From the human T2T-CHM13v2.0 reference genome, Homo sapiens: a stretch of 64,000 bases of DNA. The stretch lies in the NCBI RefSeq assembly GCF_009914755.1, contig NC_060931.1, one strand, 5' to 3'. Positions 53,350 to 64,000 of the stretch are shown piece after piece; position 1 is the first letter of the stretch; every line of letters starts with the position of its first letter. The translations under genes and the position numbers were made by a program. The notes beneath the pieces are model-generated. The model was not told where the DNA came from, searched no databases, and saw only the letters and a program-made list of their open reading frames with translations.

Positions 53350-54100
53350 TTAAGACAACTAAAGCAAGAACCAATGAAGAAAAGTGAGTAGAAACAGTAA
53401 GCAATTGAAATGTATGAAGACAAGGAATTTTGCCATAAAAAGATATAAAAGTTAAAGAGCTATATTTAAAGGAATACAAAAGCGAATTGATATGTGAACA
53501 TGAAAAAGAAGACTGTCAGAAATAATCAAGGAAACATTAAAAAATAATCAAAGAGAATACACTAACGATTAAGATTATCATTGAAAACAAAATGGAAATG
53601 AAGAAAAGATGACATGCTTCAAAAGAGATTGTTACAGGAGGTCAAAGACAGATCTGAAGAAGTTACCTAGAATGCAGCACAGAAAATTAAACAGGAAACA
53701 AGAAAAGGTAAGGGATAAGGAATAAAACACTTGTGGGTTCTAGTGTATTAGTGTATATATAATATTTTGTTGGAACTTCCCATTTTTCTTACACATGATT
53801 GAAGTGTCACAAAGAGAAAGTAGAGAGAATGATAGGTGATAATTATGAGACATTAGCTGAGAATTTTCAAGACGTGTTTCAGGACCTAAATCCTCTGTTT
53901 CAACAAGTTAAATGAATATGAAGTAGATGAATACATATGTTATGGTGAAATTGCGGAACACAAATGACAAAGAGAAGATTTTAAAAGTAGCCCAAAAGAT
54001 AACTATCTCCCAGCAGAATAGACTGAAAGGAACAGTGAAAGTCAAGAAAGGAGATTAAAAATAAGCATCAAGTCAGAATTATAATTCTCATTCATTAAAT
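53350..54100 (+). mobile_element. Ancient L1M/HAL1 ORF1-region relic
   Basis: A-rich; AGATCTGAAGAAGTTACCTAGAATGCAGCACAGA, GCTGAGAATTTTC, GTGAAATTGCGGAACACAAATGACAAAGAGAAGATTTTAAAAGTAGCC. Confidence 0.6.
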
Positions 54101-54527
54101 ATTGAGATTGAGGTAAATATATTTATAGATAGAGAAAGAAAAAACACGGTGAGTTTGTCACCAAGGTATCCTTTCTGAATTATAGTTAACAAAGATGGGA
54201 AGTGGTCCCAGAAGAGGGGCATGAGGTGCCGCTCGTGAGGGAACCCATGTGATGGGACAGCCCCATTGGGCACGTGTGACTGGGGGGATGGAGGAGGCTG
54301 GGGCATCAATGGGGATGGCACAGGGGACTCTGACTTGCAGGAAAGACAATGAGCTCACCTTTTGGTGCTTTGTGTTGGCGGAGCTGTTGACACATCCTAG
54401 AGAACATGCCCAGCAGACAGAGGAGCGGCTGTGGGATGAGGAGATAAACTCAGAGATGCAGCGTGAGGCCTCCGGGTCCAGACAGCATGAGAGCCCAAAG
54501 CGATGATACATGCATTGATGTTGTTAA

Positions 54528-54797
<270 letters not shown>

Positions 54798-54799
<2 letters not shown>

Positions 54800-55090
54800 C
54801 TCACGCCTGTAATCCCAGCACTTTGGGAGACCAAGGTGGGCGGATCACTTGAGGTCATGAGTTTGAGACCAGCCGGGGCAATGTGGTGAAACCCCGTCTC
54901 TACTAAAAATACAAAAATTAGCCTGGTATGGTGGTGTGAGTCTGTAATCCCAGCTACTCAGGAGGCTGAGGCAGGAGGATCACTTGAACTTGGGAGGCAG
55001 AGTTTGCAGTGAGCCGAGATCACACTGCTGCACTCCATTCTGGGCAATGGAGCAAGGCTCTGTCTCAAAGAACAAACAAGCAAAAAGCAA
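54798..55090 (+). mobile_element. AluS-like, missing its first ~13 nt; right arm of an inverted Alu pair
   Basis: Starts GGCTCACGCCTGTAATCCCAGCACTTTGGGAG; CACTTGAGGTCA; degenerate A tail. Confidence 0.92.
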
Positions 55091-55175
55091 GGAACTCATA
55101 AATATTTAAAGGAGTCATTTAAGTAGGTCCTAAAATAAATCCTTTGTTCCTGTCATTGCGTGGATTGAGAGAGGA

Positions 55176-55185
55176 TGTGATGTCA
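55176..55185 (+). promoter_or_regulatory. TRBV7-1 promoter decamer
   Basis: TGTGATGTCA about 100 nt upstream of the ATG. Confidence 0.7.
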
Positions 55186-55286
55186 CTATGGGACCTTCTG
55201 TGTGGGAACAAGGACATCCCTCCTCCTCTGCTCCTACTCACAGTGACTCTGATCTGGTAAAGCTCCCATCCTGCCCTGACCCTGCC

Positions 55287-55363
55287 ATGGGCACAAGGCT
55301 CCTCTGCTGGGCAGCCATATGTCTCCTGGGGGCAGGTGATTCCTCAGATGCCAAGCAGTCTCC

Positions 55364-55395
<32 letters not shown>

Positions 55396-55775
55396 TGAGA
55401 TGTGTGTGTGAGAGAGAGAGAGAGAGAGCTGACTATAGTTGTTTTTCTCATTCAGTTCCCAATTTCTGTCTCCACAGATCACACAGGTGCTGGAGTCTCC
55501 CAGTCCCTGAGACACAAGGTAGCAAAGAAGGGAAAGGATGTAGCTCTCAGATATGATCCAATTTCAGGTCATAATGCCCTTTATTGGTACCGACAGAGCC
55601 TGGGGCAGGGCCTGGAGTTTCCAATTTACTTCCAAGGCAAGGATGCAGCAGACAAATCGGGGCTTCCCCGTGATCGGTTCTCTGCACAGAGGTCTGAGGG
55701 ATCCATCTCCACTCTGAAGTTCCAGCGCACACAGCAGGGGGACTTGGCTGTGTATCTCTGTGCCAGCAGCTCAGC
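55287..55775 (+). pseudogene. TRBV7-1: T-cell receptor beta variable 7-1 (open reading frame, non-functional; leader 55287-55335, V exon 55478-55775)
   Basis: MGTRLLCWAAICLLGA|[40 protein letters not shown]...YLCASSS; first Cys replaced by Tyr; heptamer CACAGCA (55776-55782) with no nonamer at +23. Confidence 0.93.
55364..55427. repeat. (TG)n(AG)n microsatellite in the TRBV7-1 intron
   Basis: Interrupted TG run followed by an AG run. Confidence 0.92.
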
Positions 55776-55859
55776 CACAGCACTACTGCTCCAGTGTCAG
55801 CTTGGTTCCCTAGGAAATGGGGTTTCTAGAACCTGAATGCTGACAAATAAGAGTTGTAT

Positions 55860-56150
55860 ATGTGTATACCATGCAACCTGCGTTTAAAAATGTATGTACA
55901 TAGTGCAATGACTAAATCTAGCTAGTTAACATATGCAGTACCTCAATCCTTATCCTTTCCAGTGGTGAGAATACTTAAAATGTACTCTGTTAGCATTTTC
56001 CCAGAATACAATCCACTGTTGCTAACTCTAGTCATTTGTTGTATAATAGATCTTTGTAACATCTTCGTCTTATCTGAGTGAGATTTTGTATCTGTTGACC
56101 AACATCTTCCCAACAGTCCATCTCTACTCCAGCCTTTGCTAATTACTGCT
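55860..56150 (-). mobile_element. L1MA-type 3' fragment
   Basis: GTGGTGAGAATACTTAAAATGTACTCTGTTAGCATTTT...AATAGATCT...TTTTGTATCTGTTGACCAACATCTTCCC. Confidence 0.7.
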
Positions 56151-57159
56151 CTAGTCTTTGAATTTGAAGTAATTTCCCTGAGGTCTTTAGCTCAACAAGA
56201 TGGGGGAATTTTCTCTATAATGATGCTTACATTATTTTTGCTTTGTTTTTGTTTCGTTATTTTATGTCTTGCAATATAGTGTTTATTGTAAATATAAATA
56301 AGTATATTGTAATAAAAATCCTTCACCTCTCTTTGGGTAAAGCTACAGTTCACATATTCTAAATTTCATGCTGTGACCAACGCTGACATAATTATGGATC
56401 ATGGGTTTCTGGGAGTCCTCAGAGACAGCCCCATACACCAAGTTTAAGATAGAATATTCCAGACCCAGCCAGGACAGAAGTGCATGGTCCTGCATAGCTC
56501 CTTGGAAAATTATAGTTCCCCAAATTCAGTTATTGGATATTGTGGTGCCGCAGACACCAAACGTCTTTCTCTAGCAAATGATGGTCCTTGGCAGGGATTG
56601 TTCTGAACCCATTACAATTTTGCCATCATCAAATCACTCCTTGCTGTTACCTTGTGTCTCCTGGGAGTGAGGACGCCCCGGGCACAGATGGAAATTCCCT
56701 GACCTTCGGATGCTATTTCAAGGACTTCCTAAGACCTTGTGTCCATCTTTTTCCACCTTTATCCACATGACTCCTGAGACCCACGCTCACAATAGTGGAC
56801 CAGCTCTGATTCTTAGGCTTGAACAGAATTCAGACCACAGCTGTAAACACTGTTGCTGAAAAAAGATGTAAAAAAGGTGGGCAGGGCTTCCTACCTACAC
56901 TGAGGGTGAACATACAAGGGCATAAAGGGAATATTTTATTAATAGCTAAAAAAAGAAGAAATACAAGCCCTGCTCTAATGAAATGAGAACTGTAGCTTCA
57001 CCCACAGAGAGGTGGAAGATTTTATTACAATATACTTATTTATATTCATAACAAATAATATATTTGAAAAAATAAAGAAAACAAAAAGTAATATAAGCAT
57101 TATTATAAAGAAAATACCCCTGTCTTCTTGAGTTAAAGACCTCAGGGAAATTAAGACAC

Positions 57160-57340
57160 ATCGAAAGACTAGAGCAGTAATTACCAGAGGCTGGGGTGGA
57201 GATGGGGTGCTGGGGAGATGCTGGTCAAAGGATACAAAATTTCACTCAGATAGGAGGAAGAAGTTTAAAAAATCTTTTATACAACAAAGTGACTAGAGTT
57301 AATAACACTGGACTACATTCTGGGAACATGCTAACAGAGT
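57160..57340 (+). mobile_element. L1MA-type 3'UTR fragment
   Basis: TTACCAGAGGCTGGGG...GGGGAGATGCTGGTCAAAGGATACAAAATTTCA...AGATAGGAGGAAGAAGTT...GTGACTAGAGTTAATAAC. Confidence 0.75.
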
Positions 57341-57629
57341 TGAATTTTTTAGTTGAACCAAAGCAGAATGTCCATAAAATTATTTTGAATCAAAGTCTAG
57401 AAGCTTTCAAACCAGTTGGCATAGCCTTGTGTTCTGTGATCTCAGCAGCTTCAGAGGACTTGGCAATCCTTTCTCTGCACAAACACCCCTTTGTCCACTC
57501 TAAGAACTAGGGACACACACTCTTATCCTATCACGAAAACAACAGGCTGTGCTACAGTTGCTGGTAACTCGTTTTAAGGGTGTTGAGTATGGAGGATTGA
57601 ACAAGATTGAAAGCTATGCTCCTGAGTCT

Positions 57630-57822
57630 GGGAATGTGCTGGAACCAGCTTGCATGATTCAGAAGAGCCAAATAGGCAAACCCTTCCCAAATCCTCATTG
57701 AATGAAGCCATGATGACAGCTTGAAATCTGCCATAGTGGCTATGCTGATACCATAGGAACTGACAAATGCTACTAGGCATGGCCCCACCCTCACAGATAT
57801 CCAGTTTACAAGGACATCACTG
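57630..57822 (+). mobile_element. MER63-like hAT DNA transposon relic
   Basis: TGTGCTGGAACCAGCT...AGAGCC...AGCTTGAAATCTGCCATAGTGG...CCAGTTTACAAGGACATCACTG resembles MER63 ends from memory. Confidence 0.5.
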
Positions 57823-57956
57823 GAATGTTTTCTGATACAATGATGATCCTATTAGGGCATGTCTTATGGGGCCAAAAAGGCTCAGAATCCACTGTCCATC
57901 TGTTTCTGCTCCTAGAAGCCATAGTCTAAGGGAATCTCAAGTGATCCTACTTCTCT

Positions 57957-58222
57957 CCAATCTCCAAATTCCCTTGCTCTGTGGGTCTGTGTCTCCTATG
58001 AGCATGCCAATCTGAAACAAGACAACTATTTGGAATGTAGCTAAAGGAAAAAGGGAACCAGTCCATTATTTTCAAATTATCCTTCCTTGCATGAAGTATG
58101 CAGATGCTGCAATCACTGAAAACAGAGATGGGGCAAGCAGCAGCTCTGGGCTGTGAGTCACTTTATACTATAGTGCCCCGCTATTCCTCTGTGGCACTGA
58201 CAGACCCTGCAGCATGGACTAA
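57957..58222 (+). pseudogene. Unnamed TRBV relic (leader + FR1/FR2 remnants)
   Basis: SKFPCSVGLCLL*A leader-like; then KYADAAITE / TEMGQAAALGCES / WH*QTLQHGL in shifted frames. Confidence 0.55.
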
Positions 58223-61155
58223 TTTGCATAGGAAACTAAGCAGCCCCTGACCATCAGGTATGACCCTGGATTCATTTTGGGCTGAGAGGTCAGAAGGATC
58301 ATACTCACCTTAAATATTATCCTCTCCAAGCTGCAATACTCCCACTGTCCATCTTAGTCCCAGGATGTTGTCCAGAGCTCCAGAGAATCCCTTCTCTTGG
58401 GGCAGAATCACCAAGGTTGCTCCCTCCAGATTTCCACAGTCTCCAGTGGGTATGGGGCACAGGTGCCATTCTGTGTCTCAGGTAGAGAGAGGCATCATGT
58501 CAAATGATATTTGTAGAAGAGGGATTCAAATTCTGAGGCTCCTCTCCAATATTTGACATAATTTTCTTTGCTTCTTGTTTCATTCTACAATCTCACAATT
58601 TAGGAGAGTAATTCTTTTGCGGTTGCATTGTTGACAGCATTTGGGAAAGTTTTTGTGGTTAAATTAATTTAAACAATCATTTTAATGGTGTATTTCTTCT
58701 GTTCACGATAGAACAGTGAAAGCAGTCATTTACACATCCTGTTGATGAAGGTGTTGTTTAAGGTTCATGATCCACACCTAACTCTCAATCTAGTTGAAAT
58801 GAAAAGGTGCAGAATTAGGTGGCACGTGAGCAAGCTATGAGAGAGGCTCATGCCAATTACTGTGGGATTTGGAGGGAGGGAGAGATGACCTCTGCTCTAG
58901 ACCATGCTCCACGAAGAAGGAGTGGGAGTTTGTCCATGGGAGACTGCAGAGGAATAAATACCAGCAGCTTCTAACTGGGGTGGAGTGAGGGCTGCGGGAG
59001 CAAATCCTTGGAACAGAAAATGGTGCATTTGAGCTCTCACAGAGGACAGTGGAAAGAAAAGTCATATAGGCCACAGTCCCCCGGCAGGTTCTGTTTGCTA
59101 ATGATACTATTTTGCACCAGTGTGTCCTTATCTCACACCACTCCTCTGCCTCTTCCAGAATAATCTCTTCCCTCTCCGCTGCTCAGATCAGCAGATGTGC
59201 CTTGTGCAAGTTACTCATTTCACATAGCAGGCCTTTTGCTGGTCTTAATTATATCCGTCGTTACTTTCCACATTAGATACTGTGTATTGCCTTGCAAATG
59301 ATCCTACTTTTTATATTCCTATTTTTCACTTGTTAATGCATATTTGACCCCTTCTTGAAGGTCAAGATGACCTTGGAAATATAAGGCTATCTCATTATCT
59401 GGTCAGTCTTTTACTAATCTTTATTTTTATCGTAACATTGACTGTCATTTTGGGGGACATGTTTGTTTATCTTGAATTTCATTGAGTTTCCTCAAAGCAC
59501 GATTTTGAGTTCTTTGTCTTAAAGGTCGCATATCTCTGTCTGTCTAGGGTTGGTCCCTGTTTTATTTTTTTTTTGAGAAATTACCGACTTCACCAGATGC
59601 TGTAAGCTACCGGGATAGAGGAAGTTTTTGTGATTTCATAGCTTGGGTCTTCTTTATTCAGGGCAGGGAATTTTATTTTGGGGTCAAGATTGTTGAAAAT
59701 GGCATAGTGAAGAAGGTAGAGTCACAGGAGTTTGCTTTATATACTTGAGGAAGAAGAAACTGAGATTTGGGAAAAGTCAAGAAAAGAGAACCTGATCAAA
59801 GATGACTGAAAATAGTAATAGAGCAGAAAATGATGAAAAGTCGTGTTCTGTGCACCACGAACGTTCTTCTCCCCACTCCAAAAGTTTTCGACACCTAGAA
59901 AATATAAAGAAAGGACTGATAGCAACTGGCATCACGTTGAGGCCAGTCTCAGTTGGGAAAAACACCAAACAGCCGCTTGTCTCCTGTAAGAACCCTGAAG
60001 TTGGTCCTGATGTCTTCTTTCTGGACTCTGGCCCTGATCTTAACTCCTCAGGGAAGTCAGGTACTTCCCAAAATACAGAGAATGTCAGATTGCCCTTGGT
60101 TTTGAAGGAGAAAATGCTCTGCGCTTCTCCCCAAGATAAATTCTGCTTTCCTAGGAATGCTTTCTAACACTCGTCATCCAGATCTGATTACCTTCTGTGA
60201 CCAAACGGTTTCCGAAGATTTTGTAAAACTCAGCAGCCTTTCACATCCTCTGCGTTTGCACTCACTGTTTCCATGGCCCAGAAGGACATTTATTTTCCCA
60301 CGACAGGGCCAGACACTGCTCATCTGCCAAGGACGGGCTCCCTCCCACCTGTCTTCCTCTTCACTTCTCATCCCAGCATTCTCTGGCACTCTATGATATC
60401 ACTCTCTTCACTCCACAGGCCAAACCAAGAATATAATTGGAACTGCCTGATGTTTATAACATGAATCAATTCAAGTCCACTTACATAGACCCCTGGAATA
60501 CATGAATTACTATCTCCTCTTTACAAGAGACTTCTACTACATGAAACATACTGGAGAGTCTTTAGGGATAGGCTCAGTTTTCTACACAAATTCTGCAATA
60601 TCCTAAACAATTCTGTCTTCACAGTCATAATTGATGACTTGTTCTCTAAAGTACCCGAACTGTGTTTAAAGTCAGAATTTGCAAATGTTCTTCTGAGAAA
60701 AAAGAAAATCATTACATCTTAGTGACATTTATCCAGTCTCACAATCTTGCTGAAAAATATTTGTCATCATAACCACACTTTCCATGACCACATCTTTAGA
60801 TATTTGGTGAGACTGGAAACATCAACAATGGTCCTTCTCAGAAATCAACTTAAAACACTGAAAGAAAAAGTAGCTGTGCTCAGTAATTGAACCTCATCAG
60901 CCTTGCCAATTAAAACACGTTGTGTGCATGTGCTTGTGAGTGTGAGTATGTTTTCTTGTGGAGATGCAAATAGTTTCTGTGGGTGGCATTTACTAAGCAT
61001 CACTGGATCACTGGTGGAGTTCATAGGCACTTTCCTAACCCCAGGGAGTGATGGGAAATGTCACAGCCACTGAATCGGCCTAAGTTATAGCTGATAGGGT
61101 TGTTTATTTTAAAATTTTACAAATTCAGAAATAAATTTGTAAACTCAAAAAATGG

Positions 61156-61507
<352 letters not shown>

Positions 61508-62583
61508 TTAAATACAAAATAGGAAAAGATTGGGCCTGATTAAGCAAAGGGAGCCAGGGAACAATGCAGTGTTTCTGGGCTAGGTGGGCTTGACATCCTC
61601 ACACTGTTTAATTAAGGGTCTGTGTAATTTTGGCTGCTCTCTAAGTGCAACAACGGTTTATTTTGTAATAAAAAGATTGGTTCATGTGTCCTTTTGCCTC
61701 ACTTGGCCCAGGGTGAATTTGAAGATCAACCCTAAATTGGCCTTTTGGGGAAAGCATAGAGGGTGTGAGGATGAGGGTTGCAAGGGTGGGAGTGGGGCAT
61801 CTTTGTTCCTGATTTGGACAATCTTGAACTCATCAGGTCAGGTGTGAATCCATGAGACTGTGGAATGTTGGCCACTTGGTGACGCTGTGGCTCCACAATG
61901 CTGCAGGGAACCCTGGAGAGGGGTGGGAAGGTGGCCAAGAGAGGAGCTGAAGCCTATGCTTGGCTGCCTGCTGGCTTCAGGGGAGTGGTTTGATTCAGAG
62001 TGGATCCAGAGTTAAACACAAACTCCCCGCTACCAGAGAAGAGTAGAGGTGCTGGAGGCCTCAGTTTGCACCAAAGAGTAGAGTGTCCCTGTGTCTGCTT
62101 GGGCAGTGGATGGTGAAGGAGCTTCAGCCACAAGGGCTGGGAATCAGTGTCAGGGCAGGGACAGGGCAGGTAGAGGAAAGTAAGGTGTGATGTGGGCATG
62201 TGGGGCCTGCTCTCCACCCACCAAACCTTTAGTTTCAGGGCTGTGCGGGACAGATGCATGGAGCAGCTGAGCCTGGGACCTGCCAAAGGGTGCAAGGGGC
62301 AGTGGTGGCCTGCAGGGAGAGAAACTCGCAAAGGCCAGTTCCCGCAGGAAGCTCCAGAAACATTCCTGCCCCCACTCAGGAAGTGACCGTGAGAGACATG
62401 CTGTCAGCCAGAAGGGTTCAGGCCCTGGAGAGCTGATAGGCTTTTCCCAGGCACTTTCTGCTGCTTCTACATGTGATCTGCTTTAATATTCACATAAATT
62501 ATGCAGGATAAGTATTATTTTACCTGTTTATGTATCTGAAGGAAATCAGCTGTCCGGGGTCTCATACTTAATAACTGGCTGAA

Positions 62584-62965
<382 letters not shown>

Positions 62966-63139
62966 CTATCCTTTCACCTGCTTTCCCCTTTACAGGTCCC
63001 CATCAACAGGTTGTGAAGTTCATGCCTCATACGTAATCAGTATAGTCTCTTCCCTGAGAAGTCCAAGGAACATGTGACTTCCAGGCCAAGCATATACATT
63101 CATCCTTCATTGAGACAAAAAAAAAAAGTGTAATTTTCT

Positions 63140-63589
<450 letters not shown>

Positions 63590-64000
63590 TCACTAGTTAA
63601 TTTATTTTATTCTTTTATTCAATAAACTTTTTTGGGGGACCTACTGTGTATAAGATACCCTATGTCATCAAATAGAAAATGAAAAAGAAAAGTATCTGCA
63701 GATGATGGCAGATTTTAAAAAATAAAAAAAGAAAATAAATAAAGAAAGAAAGAATATTTTAAAATAAAAAATATTTTTTGGCTATTTATAACACTAAGGT
63801 CTGCATTTATTTTCATTTTTCAATTGTTTTATGTTTATTTTCAATTGTTTTATGTTTAGTGTACTTAGTTTTTGAATTTATATATTTCCTTTCTTCTTCT
63901 CATTCTCTCTTTGGTTTCTCCTTCTCTCTTCTTTGCCAGCTTGTATTTCTTTTTTATTTAAACTTTTGGTAAGGACATTTAACATGAGACCTATCCTCTG

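Noticed and set aside
55239-55245. Perfect heptamer CACAGTG in the TRBV7-1 5'UTR
   Set aside because: No nonamer at 12 (TAAAGCTCC) or 23 (TCCTGCCCT)
58222-58229. Octamer ATTTGCAT
   Set aside because: Single 8-mer expected by chance in 64 kb; not in a promoter position

Overview
Human (primate) genomic DNA from the 5' end of the T-cell receptor beta (TRB) locus, which I recognise as chr7q34. On the minus strand is a five-exon unprocessed trypsinogen pseudogene (10316-14679, likely PRSS3P3/T3) with at least seven lesions. On the plus strand, in order: TRBV1 (pseudogene), TRBV2, TRBV3-1, TRBV4-1, TRBV5-1, TRBV6-1 and TRBV7-1 (defective RSS). Each has a leader exon, intron, V exon and a 23-RSS (heptamer only for TRBV7-1). 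The rest is mostly L1, Alu, MaLR LTR, MIR, L2 and MER repeats; repeat subfamily calls are by eye. The other ORFs in the track are repeat-derived or spurious. I see no novel protein-coding system. The most interesting signals are non-coding. (1) An orphan TRBV-style 23-RSS with a CTCF-like motif just after it, in the TRBV2 promoter. (2) A duplicated promoter/leader/intron cassette just upstream of TRBV5-1 that could give an alternative first exon carrying a uORF. (3) Several unnamed TRBV relics. (4) A head-to-head inverted Alu pair with a 14-nt spacer just upstream of TRBV7-1. (5) A set of co-oriented CTCF-like motifs. (6) An old internal duplication (about 44.8-48.5 kb vs 59.6-64 kb) whose second copy lacks its V gene.
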